Below are positions 47,302-58,211 of a DNA stretch of 64,000 nucleotides, piece by piece; within the stretch, counting starts at the first letter, position 1, and every line of letters starts with the position of its first letter. A model generated the notes under the pieces. That model did no database searches. It was not told the DNA's origin and worked only from the letters and a program-made list of their open reading frames with translations. Source of the DNA: an uncultured Clostridia bacterium (GTDB lineage: Bacteria > Bacillota > Clostridia > Christensenellales > UBA1242); contig CALWKG010000001.1 in NCBI GenBank assembly GCA_944381205.1, forward strand, positions 66,488 to 130,487. Direction: 5' to 3'. Position numbers and translations under genes: made by a program.

Positions 47302-49054
47302 CTTCCCCTCCAAAGTCAAGTTTTGCGTCAATTTCATCGTCTATTTGTTGCAAAATGCCATCAAAATCATTTATTTTGGAATCGGCAATATATTTCATTT
47401 CCTTAAACTTAGTTTTGACGTTTAGGTCTTCCAACTCTCTAAACCCGACACCATTATTTACGGCATAGGATAACTTGTCATAGTAATGATAGATTGCTTC
47501 GACCATTCTAAACTGCTTTTTTAGGTTACAAAACGCATCTAAATCGTCATAGGCGCTTTGATACAAAAAGTCTTCCCTAATGATTTTGGCGGTGTCTAGG
47601 ATAAGTTTTTCCTTGTTTAAAAGTGAATCTGCCCCAATAAGCCTTACAATTTCTAGCAAATTACTTTCTTCCTGCAAAATTTTTAGCAAAAAAGTTCTGT
47701 ATTTTTCAAACTCCGTGCTTATATTATTTTCAAACCAAATCTGCAAGTTTTTACTATACATTGAATAACTTTGAAGCCAATCTATTGCGGGAAAGTGCCT
47801 AGAATACGCAAGAGAAGATGACAGGGCAAAAAACACTTTTACTACTCTTAACGTTGCCTGAGAAACTGGCTCGCTTAAATCGCCACCTGCGGGAGATACC
47901 GCCCCGATTATAGTTAATGAGCCGTTAGTTTTGTTTAAATTTTCCACACTCCCAGCGCGTTCGTAAAAGGAAGCCAATCTGCTCGCTAGATACGCAGGGT
48001 AGCCTTCTTCACCCGGCATTTCTTCTAACCTTGCACTCATTTCCCTAAGTGCTTCGGCATAACGAGATGTAGAGTCTGCCATAAGGGCGACATTATAACC
48101 CATATCCCTAAAATATTCCGCAATGGTAACCCCTGTGTAGATAGATGCTTCCCTTGCGCTTACCGGCATATTTGAAGTGTTGGCAATCAAGACCAATCTG
48201 TTTAGCAAACTTTCCTTAGTTTTTGGGTCGATGATGCTAGAAAATTCGTTTATGACGTCTACGATTTCGTTTCCCCTTTCGCCACAGCCGACATAAACTA
48301 TAATGTCTGCGTCACAGTATTTTGCAAGTTGGTGCTGGACGACGGTTTTGCCACTGCCAAACGGCCCCGGTATAGCACATACCCCGCCCCTTGCTATTGG
48401 GAATAAAGTATCTATCACCCTTTGCCCTGTTATAAGTGGAATATCTGGCGAATGTTTTTTTAAATACGGTCTAGGGGTTTTAATAGCCCATTTTTGTAGC
48501 ATAGTTACACTGTGGTTTTTGCCGTTTTTGTCTTCAATTACGGCAATTTTATCCAAAATATTAAACTTGCCACTCTTTATGCTTTTTATCTTTCCGCCCA
48601 CTCCTTGTGGAACCATTATCTTATGGGCAAAATATTTTGTTTCCATCACGAAACCTATTTCATCGCCAAAGGAAACTCTATCACCTACTTTTTTTGTTGG
48701 GACAAACCCCCACAATTTAGTTGTGTCTAACCTATCAATATTGTTGCCACGTTTTAAAAAGTCACCTTCCAAACCATACAACTTATCTAGCGGTCGTTCT
48801 ATCCCGTCAAAAACTCCGCCAAGTAACCCCGGGGCAAGATAAGCGCTTAATAATTCTCCCGTAGGGGTAACATCTTCGCCTACTTGTAGCATTGACGTTT
48901 CTTCATAAACCTGAATTGAAGCCACCCCGTTTTTTATTAAGGTGACTTCTCCGGTAAGTTTTAAGTTTCCCACCCTGACTAACTCGCCTACCATAGTGTT
49001 TTCCATATTGTCCGCCTCTATAAGCGGTCCCGAAATTTTTATTATTTTACCCAC
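47288..49054 (-). CDS. atpA: V-type ATPase catalytic subunit A
   Basis: Walker A GPFGSGKT and [16 protein letters not shown] motifs. Confidence 0.95.
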   Translation of the reverse strand: MGKIIKISGPLIEADNMENTMVGELVRVGNLKLTGEVTLIKNGVASIQVYEETSMLQVGEDVTPTGELLSAYLAPGLLGGVFDGIERPLDKLYGLEGDFLKRGNNIDRLDTTKLWGFVPTKKVGDRVSFGDEIGFVMETKYFAHKIMVPQGVGGKIKSIKSGKFNILDKIAVIEDKNGKNHSVTMLQKWAIKTPRPYLKKHSPDIPLITGQRVIDTLFPIARGGVCAIPGPFGSGKTVVQHQLAKYCDADIIVYVGCGERGNEIVDVINEFSSIIDPKTKESLLNRLVLIANTSNMPVSAREASIYTGVTIAEYFRDMGYNVALMADSTSRYAEALREMSARLEEMPGEEGYPAYLASRLASFYERAGSVENLNKTNGSLTIIGAVSPAGGDLSEPVSQATLRVVKVFFALSSSLAYSRHFPAIDWLQSYSMYSKNLQIWFENNISTEFEKYRTFLLKILQEESNLLEIVRLIGADSLLNKEKLILDTAKIIREDFLYQSAYDDLDAFCNLKKQFRMVEAIYHYYDKLSYAVNNGVGFRELEDLNVKTKFKEMKYIADSKINDFDGILQQIDDEIDAKLDFGGEDEKL

Positions 49055-49096
49055 TTTTTACCCTCTTTTTACACAAATATTAAGCCAAAACACAAT

Positions 49097-49405
49097 TTAA
49101 CTAAAATTATGCCCCATCATTATTTTGCTTGCTTGCTCGTTTAATCTTTGCATTGGATAACTGTCAAAACTATTTGTTGGCAAGATGCAAATAGTAGAAT
49201 ATTCTTTATTAATTTCGTCAATTAAATCACTTGCAAATCTGGCAAAATTGCTAAAAATAAAAATTAGCGAATATTGCTTTGATAATTCTAATAAAGTTTT
49301 TCTTGTGTCTTCTTCGCCGTAGACTTCGTACCCATCAACTCCCGCGAGTTTAAACATATCTAGCATATATTTTTCGCCTATAACTGCCACTTTATTTTTT
49401 TCCAA
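49097..49405 (-). CDS. atpF: V-type ATPase subunit F
   Basis: About 100 aa with KVAVIGEKYMLDMFKLAGV pattern. Operon position before A. Confidence 0.75.
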   Translation of the reverse strand: MEKNKVAVIGEKYMLDMFKLAGVDGYEVYGEEDTRKTLLELSKQYSLIFIFSNFARFASDLIDEINKEYSTICILPTNSFDSYPMQRLNEQASKIMMGHNFS

Positions 49406-49594
49406 AGACGCTATCTCCTTTTAATATAAATTTTAAAACCTGTTTTGAAAAAATCTTAAAAATTTTTATAATATTTATTTTTTTTTAATTTACTAAGTAA
49501 CTTTTCCCATTACTTAATGAGATTTTTTTCCACGAAATTTAATAAACTTTTGTTACTAGAATTAAAAAAAATTTAATTCTAATATAAGATTTTT

Positions 49595-50455
49595 CTATAT
49601 TAAATACTTTTTTTGCATTGCAATAAATCTAATTTGTTCGATTTCCCGTAAACTTTTAAGTAAAAAATTTAAAAAAATACTTGGACTTTCTTCATCGGAG
49701 TCTTCTTTAAAAAGGCTAATAAAAGCCAGATTTAATTCTTCGTTAAAGGCTTTGAGTTTTTGCTCAAAACTTTTATTGCCATACAAAATTTTGATTAAAC
49801 CGGCATAAATTTGTTGATTTGTATTACAAAGAAAACTTTTGTTATTTACATTTATTAAATCGACATAATTTAATGTCCCAAAAACATAGTTTTTATATAT
49901 TGGTTTATTAATTAAGATTAATTTTAAATTAAAAAAATCAACCAACAAATTAAAATAATCCCTTATTTTACCCCGTTTAACGCATCTTTTTATTGCCAAT
50001 GACTTTTTTTGAGTTAAAAAAATTTGAACATCTAAAATTTTATTAACTTCTAATTCCGTTAAATCTTTTTTTAAGGTATCAAATTTAATTTTATCAAAAT
50101 TTTTAGTTTTTACTGCTTCTTTTAAATCTAAAATTGGAGTAAAACCACTAACAAAAGACAAATTATCACTAGACAAATTGTTGTTTTTATAAAAAGCCAA
50201 TGCGTTGTCGTATTCTAACCAAATTTTAAAAATATTTTGCATTTGTAAATCGGCATCTTTTAAAACAAAATTTATAATTTCTAATTTTTTTTCTTCCAGA
50301 GTATTTTCCAAACTTTTATCATAACCATAACTGGTAGATTGTAATAACTTTTTAAACTCCGCATAGTTTTTAGCATTTTTTAACTCTGTAATTTGCTTAG
50401 GGGTTAACAAATTTACTTCTTTTGCCGATGAAACTGCATTAATATATAAACTCAT
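49595..50455 (-). CDS. atpC: V-type ATPase subunit C (d-type)
   Basis: Helical 286-aa protein in the expected operon slot (I-K-E-C-F-A-B-D). Confidence 0.6.
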   Translation of the reverse strand: MSLYINAVSSAKEVNLLTPKQITELKNAKNYAEFKKLLQSTSYGYDKSLENTLEEKKLEIINFVLKDADLQMQNIFKIWLEYDNALAFYKNNNLSSDNLSFVSGFTPILDLKEAVKTKNFDKIKFDTLKKDLTELEVNKILDVQIFLTQKKSLAIKRCVKRGKIRDYFNLLVDFFNLKLILINKPIYKNYVFGTLNYVDLINVNNKSFLCNTNQQIYAGLIKILYGNKSFEQKLKAFNEELNLAFISLFKEDSDEESPSIFLNFLLKSLREIEQIRFIAMQKKYLI

Positions 50456-50488
50456 TTTTACCCCCTTTTTACTAAAAATATTATAAAT

Positions 50489-51052
50489 TTATTTTAACTT
50501 TAAAGTTTTTAAAATATGGTTTTGATTTTTACTAATTACGTCTTGTGCCATATCTTTTAACAAAAAATTGATTTCATAATCTTTATTTTCAATTATTATC
50601 CCTAAGTTTTCTCCGCTATATATTTTTAATTTAAGTTTTTTGACAATTTCTAGTTTTTTTATGTCGTCTAATTTTAAATCGTCAAAATTTACATATACTT
50701 TATCTGACGCAGAAGCATTGGATTTTAAAATGGTATTTACAAATTTAACCTTGTCCTTTTTAGGCAAATTATTGCAAGATTTGATTAATTCTTCCCTTAG
50801 TTCGTTTAGCAGGTGTTCAAGGTAAATGTTGTTAAGTTTTTTTAATTCAAAATCCAATTTTTTACTAAAAGTTTGTTTGATTGATTTTTTTTCTTCCTTT
50901 AACCTATTTTTATATTCGTCTTTAATTTGCTTTATTTGGGTGTTTAGATATTCTTCTCTTGCCTTAATTTCCAACTCCGCATTTTTTAAGATTTTGTTTT
51001 TGGAATTATCTCCATCTAGTTTTATTTGGTCTAAAATATTTTGAATTTCCAT
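50489..51052 (-). CDS. atpE: V-type ATPase subunit E
   Basis: Long charged N-terminal coiled coil plus a globular C-terminus. Operon position after K. Confidence 0.7.
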   Translation of the reverse strand: MEIQNILDQIKLDGDNSKNKILKNAELEIKAREEYLNTQIKQIKDEYKNRLKEEKKSIKQTFSKKLDFELKKLNNIYLEHLLNELREELIKSCNNLPKKDKVKFVNTILKSNASASDKVYVNFDDLKLDDIKKLEIVKKLKLKIYSGENLGIIIENKDYEINFLLKDMAQDVISKNQNHILKTLKLK

Positions 51053-51067
51053 AATTTTATCCCTTTT

Positions 51068-51511
51068 TTATGGTAAAAGTAACAAAGATATAACAAGTGA
51101 CAAAATAGCATAAGTTTCTATCATTGCTGGGAACAAAATTAACCTACCGCTTAGTCCGTCTTTTTTTGCCACTGCCATAATTGCACTGCTAGACGTTTTT
51201 CCCTGATAAATAGGTGTAATAAATCCGGCAAACATTAATGGCAATGAAGCAAGAAGCACACTAAGTCCGGTTGTTAAGTCCATACCCAAACTTAAACTGC
51301 CACTGGCAACTATTGCAAAGACAAAACCGTAAATGCCCTGAGTTGCCGGTAAAACGACTAATACTAGGACCTTACTAAATTTTTTTGGGTCTTCACTTAA
51401 AACCCCGCTAGCAGTTTGTCCTGTTTTGGCAAGCCCTATTGCCGAACCAATTCCGCAAAGTAAAGCGGTTAAAACTACTCCAACTAAACCTACTATATAA
51501 CCCCACTCCAT
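51068..51511 (-). CDS. atpK: V-type ATPase proteolipid subunit K (16-kDa, four-helix type)
   Basis: GIGSAIG, LPATQGIYGFV, IYQGK, AMIETYAIL. Closely parallels the Enterococcus hirae NtpK motifs as I recall them. Confidence 0.9.
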   Translation of the reverse strand: MEWGYIVGLVGVVLTALLCGIGSAIGLAKTGQTASGVLSEDPKKFSKVLVLVVLPATQGIYGFVFAIVASGSLSLGMDLTTGLSVLLASLPLMFAGFITPIYQGKTSSSAIMAVAKKDGLSGRLILFPAMIETYAILSLVISLLLLP

Positions 51512-51528
51512 ATTTTTTTACCTCCTTT

Positions 51529-53385
51529 TTATTTAGTTGTGGTTAAATTAATGTATTTAAAGTTGGTTGCAAATGGTTTAAAGAGTCTACCTTCGCCCTC
51601 ATAAAACCTAGAAAAGAATTCTATATACTGCAACCTAGAAACGTGAATATATGCGCTTAATGCCCCCATAGAAATGTTAAAACCGTGACCAATTAGTAAA
51701 ATGATTATTCCTATAATTCCGCCAAAGAAATTAGTAAAAAACGGGCTAGCAAGGTCATTGACAATGCTTGCAATTATCGCTCCACTTAGCATTAACCCAT
51801 ATAGTCTAGCATAACTAAGAGTGTCTGACAAAATGTTTATTATAGAATAAAGCGAAGAAAACGGCTTCGTAAGTCTATTAATACCGCGATTTACAAAAAT
51901 TTCGCCTATAATTGTAGCAAGAAGGCTAATCACGCACACTATTAGACCTATGTTTTGCAGATTGCCAATACCTAAAAGAGAAATGCTAACTATGCTTACC
52001 CCAGCAAAAAAGCACACCCATATAAAACCTGAAAAAATCGCCTCAAAGTATCGTTTTTCTTTAACTAGTAATACACCTTTTAAAACAAAAGACGTGGCAA
52101 TTTGTACAATTCCCGCTCCTAAACACAACGCAAGCATTAGGTAAACGTCGCCCGTCGGGTCGGGTATAATGGCTTTTGGGATAACCGCCCATTCGGTATG
52201 TGTAAGCCCAAAAAACGAGCCAAACAGGCAACCAAATAATATACAAAACAGCCCGCTAATACTAAGTATACCCATCAAACTTTTGCTTTTATTTAAAAAG
52301 TAGCACGGCGCGCAGAACACAACAAATAATATTCCGTACCCGATATCTGCCATAACAAAGCCAAAAAAGATGGAAAAAAATATCATCACGAAAACATTTG
52401 GGTCAATACCTTTCCTACTAGGGACTGAATATGTGTTGGTAATAAATTCAAAAGGCTTGACTATAACGTTATTTTTAAGCACTGTTGGAGCATCATCGTC
52501 TTTATTTAAAGGTTCAAACTCATAGCACAAAGAAAATTCGCTAAGTAACTGTTTTATGTCGTTTTCGTCCGATTGTCTTAGATAACAGGTGACAAAAAAT
52601 GTTCTATCTGTCTGTTTAAAGTCCTTTTCCGCAGTTAGTTTATCTAATTTAAAATTGTAATAGTCATAGGCGACTTTAAACTCGCTTAAAAATTTGCCAA
52701 ATGTTGCAATTTGCCTTTCTAAATCCAGTCTGTTAGATTTTAGGTTATCTATTTCTCTGTCAATTTTATTTATAACTTGTTGTGCTGTCGCCTTAGGCAA
52801 CTCGTCTAAAACTTCAAACTGGCAGTCTGCAAAAATTGGCAAAAGATTATTAATAACTTTTTTATGTGCAACTATTTTATAAACAGAGTCAATTTTTTCA
52901 AAACTAATAAGTTTTAATTCGTTTAATTTACTCTCAAACTTGTCTTGTTCTTCTAAATTTTTTAGTTTCCCTAAAAAAAATTCACAAGTTTTGGTTTCAC
53001 AAAAACCGCTAAGTCTTTCCCCTATATTAACGTACGGAATGAACTTTTGCTTTTGTTTGTCTAGATTTTTTATCGCGAAGTCTATATCATTTATTTTTTT
53101 TATTAGGTCTTCAACAACAAAAAGTTTTTTACCGTCCAATTTTGTATTTACTATTTGACTTGGGGTCAAGGTAATTTTTTGTTGCTTTTCATTTAAAAGG
53201 GCTTCCAAAAAACTTATGACATTTGCATACCTATTTTGGATATCAAAAGTGTTATCTGTAATTTCTACATCATCGTCACTTATTACCTTAATCTCCAACT
53301 TTTGAGAACAAAAAATTTGGTTTAAAATTTTATCCTTGTCCTTTTTTAAGGCGAGAATATTTACCTTTTCTACCTTTTCAATCAC
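51529..53385 (-). CDS. atpI: V-type ATPase subunit I (a-type stator)
   Basis: 618 aa. Soluble N-terminal half plus a polytopic C-terminal half with SYARL and LSAYIHVSRLQYIEFF motifs. Confidence 0.9.
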   Translation of the reverse strand: MIEKVEKVNILALKKDKDKILNQIFCSQKLEIKVISDDDVEITDNTFDIQNRYANVISFLEALLNEKQQKITLTPSQIVNTKLDGKKLFVVEDLIKKINDIDFAIKNLDKQKQKFIPYVNIGERLSGFCETKTCEFFLGKLKNLEEQDKFESKLNELKLISFEKIDSVYKIVAHKKVINNLLPIFADCQFEVLDELPKATAQQVINKIDREIDNLKSNRLDLERQIATFGKFLSEFKVAYDYYNFKLDKLTAEKDFKQTDRTFFVTCYLRQSDENDIKQLLSEFSLCYEFEPLNKDDDAPTVLKNNVIVKPFEFITNTYSVPSRKGIDPNVFVMIFFSIFFGFVMADIGYGILFVVFCAPCYFLNKSKSLMGILSISGLFCILFGCLFGSFFGLTHTEWAVIPKAIIPDPTGDVYLMLALCLGAGIVQIATSFVLKGVLLVKEKRYFEAIFSGFIWVCFFAGVSIVSISLLGIGNLQNIGLIVCVISLLATIIGEIFVNRGINRLTKPFSSLYSIINILSDTLSYARLYGLMLSGAIIASIVNDLASPFFTNFFGGIIGIIILLIGHGFNISMGALSAYIHVSRLQYIEFFSRFYEGEGRLFKPFATNFKYINLTTTK

Positions 53386-53743
53386 CCTGTATCACCTCTT
53401 TAAGCAAATCTTTTATTACAAGGTCAAAATTTTGTTTTATTTCGTCTTCCCTTTGTGATAAGGAATTTTTAAAGTTCAATAATTTTTCGTCCAAAAGTTT
53501 ATTTTGTTCTTCTTCAAAAGTTTTTAATTTACTTTCATAACTAATTTTTTCATCTCTTAAAGCGTTTTTTAGTTTGTTTTTACAAAGCATATTGGACTTT
53601 TTTATCATCTCGCTTGCCTGTTTTTTTGCGTTTTCTATGTTATTATTTGCTAGACGTTCTGCCCTGTTTATATCGTCAACTATATTATTTCTCATACAAA
53701 AAACATCTCCTTTAACAAAATTAGTAACCGTAAAATCACGCAA
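53378..53743 (-). CDS. Small coiled-coil V-type ATPase stalk subunit (G/H-like); real start probably the internal MRNNIVDD
   Basis: Charged helical protein overlapping the atpI start by 8 nt. The track start is a TTG. Confidence 0.45.
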   Translation of the reverse strand: MRDFTVTNFVKGDVFCMRNNIVDDINRAERLANNNIENAKKQASEMIKKSNMLCKNKLKNALRDEKISYESKLKTFEEEQNKLLDEKLLNFKNSLSQREDEIKQNFDLVIKDLLKEVIQGD

Positions 53744-53954
53744 AATACATCACAGCATATAAAAGCATTTGTGATAATAAACCCCAGCACTAAGCCCACA
53801 AGTACTAACTTATGTGCAAAGTTTACCGTATACTATACGTGTTTATTTTACCTTAAATTAGCATTTTTAAGCAAGCGAATAACGGCAATAGTTTGTAAAT
53901 TTCATTTAAAACTCATACAAAAAAGCATTATTAACTACAAATACTAAAATTTGT

Positions 53955-53983
53955 TTGACTTTTGCCTAATGGATTTATAAAAT
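53955..53983 (+). promoter_or_regulatory. Sigma-A-like promoter for the UPF0316 gene
   Basis: TTGACT, 17-nt spacer, TAAAAT. GAGG RBS before the ATG at 54013. Confidence 0.45.
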
Positions 53984-54012
53984 TATCTTGAAAAAATTAT
54001 GAGGTTTTTAAA

Positions 54013-54573
54013 ATGTTTTTTGGTGTAGAATTACAATTATGGCTTGTATGTTTATTGGTAGTTGTGGGAAGAATTTTTGATATGTCGCTTAGCAGTATTA
54101 GGACTGTTTATACCGTAAAACAAAAGCCACTTTTATCTAGTATTTTTGGCTTTTTTGAGGCTTTTTTGTGGTTTATTATTGTAAAAGCCGCACTAGACTA
54201 CGTTTTGAATGACCCAGTCACAGACACTCTTTTGATTGCACTTTCCTACTCTATTGGTTATGGTGTTGGAACATTTGTGGGCGGGGTTCTTGCTAGTAAA
54301 ATTGTAAAGACCAAAGTGAGTGTTCAAATTGTTTTATCAAAAAAGAACGACGAGATTATAAAGTCCTTACGTGATAATGGCTTTGGTCAAACTATTTTTA
54401 CCGCTCACGGTAGTGGTGATGACGCAAAAGAAACATATTTTATTACCATTGAAACAAACGAAAAAAATCTTAAAAACCTTAAACAAATTATAGATAAATA
54501 TGATAAAAAAGCCTTTTTATCTATTAACGAAACAAAACAAGTCTTTGGGGGGTACTTTGGTAATTCAAAGTAA
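54013..54573 (+). CDS. UPF0316 family membrane protein (DUF5698 + DUF2179 architecture)
   Basis: Three N-terminal TM helices with RIFDMSLSSIRTV. C-terminal soluble alpha/beta domain. Confidence 0.7.
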   Translation: MFFGVELQLWLVCLLVVVGRIFDMSLSSIRTVYTVKQKPLLSSIFGFFEAFLWFIIVKAALDYVLNDPVTDTLLIALSYSIGYGVGTFVGGVLASKIVKTKVSVQIVLSKKNDEIIKSLRDNGFGQTIFTAHGSGDDAKETYFITIETNEKNLKNLKQIIDKYDKKAFLSINETKQVFGGYFGNSK

Positions 54574-54612
54574 AATTTAAAAACTTTTAGATTATAATTT
54601 ACACAAAAAAAA

Positions 54613-54637
54613 TACAGGTATTCCCTGTAATTTTTTT
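54613..54637 (+). terminator. Rho-independent terminator
   Basis: tacagg / tattc / cctgta followed by a T-run. Confidence 0.65.
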
Positions 54638-54703
54638 ATATGCTTAAAAAGATTTGATTTTTAATGCCAAGAAAAAATCTCGTTTACCACTAAAATAAGT
54701 TCA

Positions 54704-54958
54704 TTACCTACTAGCAAGGTATATGATAATTTCTATACCTATGCAAAGAAATCCTACCAAAATAAGTATCATTCCCGTAATTTTAAGTGTTAAAAACAAT
54801 TTGTCGTGGTTATCGACATTGTTATTTTGCCTTACTGCTCTGGTAATCCTTCTGGCAAGAAAACCTACTGCAACCCCAACGGCAATGAGTGCAATACCTA
54901 CAATGACAAGACCTTCTGACAAAAATTGTTCAAGTGTACGACCTAATAGTAAATACAT
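54704..54958 (-). CDS. Small two-TM hypothetical membrane protein
   Basis: 84 aa with two hydrophobic helices separated by a basic loop. Confidence 0.4.
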   Translation of the reverse strand: MYLLLGRTLEQFLSEGLVIVGIALIAVGVAVGFLARRITRAVRQNNNVDNHDKLFLTLKITGMILILVGFLCIGIEIIIYLASR

Positions 54959-55074
54959 TTTTCACCCCTCCAATTATTTTCCATAGGTATTATAGCAAAG
55001 AATTTTTAAAATTTCAATAGTTAATTTGCACCAAAATAAATATTAATATAAAAAATCAAATTTTATTAATAAAA

Positions 55075-56754
55075 TTAGTCAATTTCGATTTTGTTTTTGT
55101 CAACAAATTCATAAAAATCTTTTTGAGTCACCTTAAAATGCCTTAAAATCTTTTTAAAACTATCCTTTACACCCAACTTTGTTAGTATCTTGTAACACAG
55201 CACGCAAGCCATAGTGTTGTTTGCACAGTTTTTATCAAAAGAGATTTTTGCCTTATCGAACTTTATGACCTTACTTGGAGATTTTATTCCCCAAACTATT
55301 TGGCTTAGAGTGGTTGTAATATCAACGTAACAAGGCTCGACAAACTTAACAATAAATTCTAGGCACAAAAACAGCACTTCCCTAATATTTTCTATAAACT
55401 GCCCATAAAAATCAAGGTCGGGCAACTCAAAATTATAATACGAGTCATAATACATTATACTTAAAAAAGCATTAAACTCTCTGTGCTTTGTGGATACAAT
55501 TTTGTGCAAGACCTTTAACTTAAAGTCGTCAAAATCGCTATCGTTTAACAGCAAAAATCTTGTCAGCAAATAGACCTCGTCGTCATTAATCCCGGCTAAT
55601 CTTAATAAAATATCTTCCCTTTCGCGAGTGATATGATTTGCCAAATAAAAAAACTCAGGCTTATTTTCTTTAAACTCTTTAAGTAATTCTTCATCGTCAA
55701 TAGTCAGATATTTTTTAACCTTTTTTCTTAACTTTCTTTGTTCTGACTCTGGGACATCAAAGTCATATCTAAACTTTGACTTATCCCTATTTTCACAGCA
55801 ATTTATGTAATACAAGTATATATATCTATTAAAGTAATCAAAGTTATACAGGTCAAGAAATTTTGCCTTTGCCTCTTTAAACATTTCCGCATTTAAACAA
55901 GTTAAGGCATAATAAAATGTAGACAAAATATGTATATGCTCGCTAGAACTATAATAGGTCATAAAATTTAGTGCTTCCTTAAAATATCCCATTTCGCCAA
56001 AAACAAGCCCAATTCTAAACAAATCTTCTAGTGAATAGGTCTTTTTATACTTATTAATTTTATCAATAACGACCTTTTGACCTGCTTCGTTACCCATCAT
56101 AGAGTATAAAAAGAACAAGTTGCACAAGTCTATAACCGTGTCCTGCCCGTACTTATCCATTAAGTCAATCGCTTTTTGAAATTGTTTGGAAAAGACATAG
56201 TTTAGACAAAGGTTACTTCTAATTTGCTCATTTTCAAAATTTCCTAATTCGTTTAGCAGTTTAATACTGTCCTCATATTTGCACATTCCCATTAGGTTTT
56301 CGGCTTTGTGATTGACCTTATCTATATAATCTTCATTGCCAGAAAAGACCTTAAAGCCCTTTCTAGACTCGTAAATCATATCCAAAATTTCTTCCGTCAA
56401 GCCATCTTCCAGCCCATCTTCGTCAAACGAACGTTTAAAGTATTCTATTGCCTTATCGTAATTTTGCTGTTTTAGATAGATATGTGCCACTTTTAAATAG
56501 GTATTTGACATAAAAAGGTCGGTTTCTTTATACAAAAAATTAAAAAAAAGCGACAAATTGTAGTTTTGAAGCACAAAATACGAACTCGCAAGGGTTTTTG
56601 CCGATGTGATAACACTGCGTCTGTTGGGCTCGTCTAAAACAGGTAAAAGAGTAAAAACCGCATTTAAGTAGTCGCCATCTTCAAATGCTTTTTTACCGCG
56701 GTCTAGCCTATTATTTGTGTTTAGTTTTTCAAAAGATATTACTCTTTCACTCAT
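55075..56754 (-). CDS. Hypothetical TPR-like helical repeat protein
   Basis: Repeated Y..A...F..a..-type helical hairpins (e.g. YLKQQNYDKAIEYFKRSF). No catalytic motif seen. Confidence 0.55.
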   Translation of the reverse strand: MSERVISFEKLNTNNRLDRGKKAFEDGDYLNAVFTLLPVLDEPNRRSVITSAKTLASSYFVLQNYNLSLFFNFLYKETDLFMSNTYLKVAHIYLKQQNYDKAIEYFKRSFDEDGLEDGLTEEILDMIYESRKGFKVFSGNEDYIDKVNHKAENLMGMCKYEDSIKLLNELGNFENEQIRSNLCLNYVFSKQFQKAIDLMDKYGQDTVIDLCNLFFLYSMMGNEAGQKVVIDKINKYKKTYSLEDLFRIGLVFGEMGYFKEALNFMTYYSSSEHIHILSTFYYALTCLNAEMFKEAKAKFLDLYNFDYFNRYIYLYYINCCENRDKSKFRYDFDVPESEQRKLRKKVKKYLTIDDEELLKEFKENKPEFFYLANHITREREDILLRLAGINDDEVYLLTRFLLLNDSDFDDFKLKVLHKIVSTKHREFNAFLSIMYYDSYYNFELPDLDFYGQFIENIREVLFLCLEFIVKFVEPCYVDITTTLSQIVWGIKSPSKVIKFDKAKISFDKNCANNTMACVLCYKILTKLGVKDSFKKILRHFKVTQKDFYEFVDKNKIEID

Positions 56755-56837
56755 AATTTATCTTTATGCCAAATATTTTAAAAGTTTGCGACTTTTACTA
56801 AATTTTACAAATAAAATAAATGGTTGTTCTCCTATTG

Positions 56838-57527
56838 TTAGTTATTTAGATAGTTTATCCTTCTACAATGTTCACATTCAAGGTAGCCCACTTGCTTTAA
56901 CTTTGTCATATGTGCGCTAGAAAACTCCATACTGCACCCACCACAAGAACTATTATTTACAGCAACAAATACCGGGAAAATCTTGTCTTGCTTTAACTGC
57001 TTATATTTTGCAAGTAAAATTTGGTTTACTTCTTTTTCCAAATTTTCCATTTCTTTATTAATTTCTTCCACCTTTGGAACGTAGGATTGCTTTACGTTTG
57101 CATAATTTTCTTTACTTTGAAGGTATTTGTTTTTAAACGTGACGATATTGTTTTTGCAAAGTTCAAACTGTTTTATGATATTATTAACGTTCTCCACCTG
57201 AGTAGATAAAATCCTTTCTATATTAGAAAGTTGCTTATCCATAATATGCTCCTGACTTGCCCACTTGTTTTTTTGCTCTAAGGACAAATCGGAATTTTTA
57301 ATTTTTTCAATTTCCTTTTTTAACTTTTCAAACTCTATCTCGCACTTATGGTATTGCTCTATACAAGTCTTGGCATCGTTGTCAATTTGGGCAAGTTTGT
57401 TTTGGTTGTCCTTTATAAGTTTAGCATAGTTATCGACTTCTTGCTTTTCCTTTAAACTATCTATCTCACGCAATAGTTTACTCTTTTTTATATCCAAATT
57501 TTGATATTGTACAATTTTTTCAAACAT
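56838..57527 (-). CDS. Coiled-coil protein with C-terminal C4 zinc ribbon (COG1579/DUF164-like)
   Basis: Long coiled coil, then CGGC...CEHC ribbon. Confidence 0.65.
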   Translation of the reverse strand: MFEKIVQYQNLDIKKSKLLREIDSLKEKQEVDNYAKLIKDNQNKLAQIDNDAKTCIEQYHKCEIEFEKLKKEIEKIKNSDLSLEQKNKWASQEHIMDKQLSNIERILSTQVENVNNIIKQFELCKNNIVTFKNKYLQSKENYANVKQSYVPKVEEINKEMENLEKEVNQILLAKYKQLKQDKIFPVFVAVNNSSCGGCSMEFSSAHMTKLKQVGYLECEHCRRINYLNN

Positions 57528-57530
57528 ACA

Positions 57531-58211
57531 CTACTCTCCTAAATCAATTTTTTCTAACAAGTCATATTCTTCCCTTATCTCTGCAACTTCCTTTTTACTT
57601 AAAATATCTTTATACAAAGATTTTTTGTAACGGACATAGTCCTTAAAATCTTGGCCGATTTCCGTCAAATTAGTCAATCCAAACAATATTTGCAGGCGAG
57701 ATAAATTTTGAATTTGATTATCCCTTTTAACTTTAAGCACATTATAAAACATTTTGTTATCTTTTGCAATAACATCTTCCTGTATGTAAAATTTGTTTTT
57801 TTGTAAAAAAAGTCTTAATTGAACTACGTTATTTTGCGGTTGTAAAACAAAGTTATCAAAATTTTTGCTAGGTTTTTGTTGCAAGATTTTCATAATTTCT
57901 TGCCCACCCATACCTGCTATGATTATCTGCTTGGGTGGTAGCAACCCAAAAGAACTATAATCAAAATTAGAAAAGACTTCCACCCCATCGCCCACAAGGA
58001 AAACGACATTTTTGCTATATTTTTTTAGTTTAAGGTGTGCCTTATTAAGACATTTTTTACTAATATCTGTAACATAAGCGAAATCTATTTGCCTGTTTTC
58101 AAAAAGTCTATGTGTGATATTTGCGTGGTCAGCCCCAATTTCTGCAATGGGATTTTTATCTACAAAAGCACAAATTTTATCAATGCGGTTGTTATTTTTT
58201 AGTCTAGTCAC
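57531..58211 (-). CDS. trmK: tRNA (adenine22-N1)-methyltransferase TrmK
   Basis: [11 protein letters not shown] and [10 protein letters not shown] motifs. Conserved position downstream of sigA. Confidence 0.8.
   Translation of the reverse strand: MTRLKNNNRIDKICAFVDKNPIAEIGADHANITHRLFENRQIDFAYVTDISKKCLNKAHLKLKKYSKNVVFLVGDGVEVFSNFDYSSFGLLPPKQIIIAGMGGQEIMKILQQKPSKNFDNFVLQPQNNVVQLRLFLQKNKFYIQEDVIAKDNKMFYNVLKVKRDNQIQNLSRLQILFGLTNLTEIGQDFKDYVRYKKSLYKDILSKKEVAEIREEYDLLEKIDLGE

Noticed and set aside
48303-48842. 179-aa plus-strand ORF inside atpA. Similar antisense ORFs occur at 62401-62886, 24153-24614, 38108-38521, 37004-37372 and 26154-26522.
   Set aside because: These are long antisense shadow frames opposite strongly supported conserved genes. 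They have low-complexity S/L/F-rich translations and no RBS.
53744-53900. Possible riboswitch (e.g. ion-sensing) in the 5' region of the V-ATPase operon
   Set aside because: A promoter-like TTGCTT-17-TAAAAT would leave a ~100+ nt leader. I cannot match it to any riboswitch consensus from memory, so it is unsupported without an Rfam scan.
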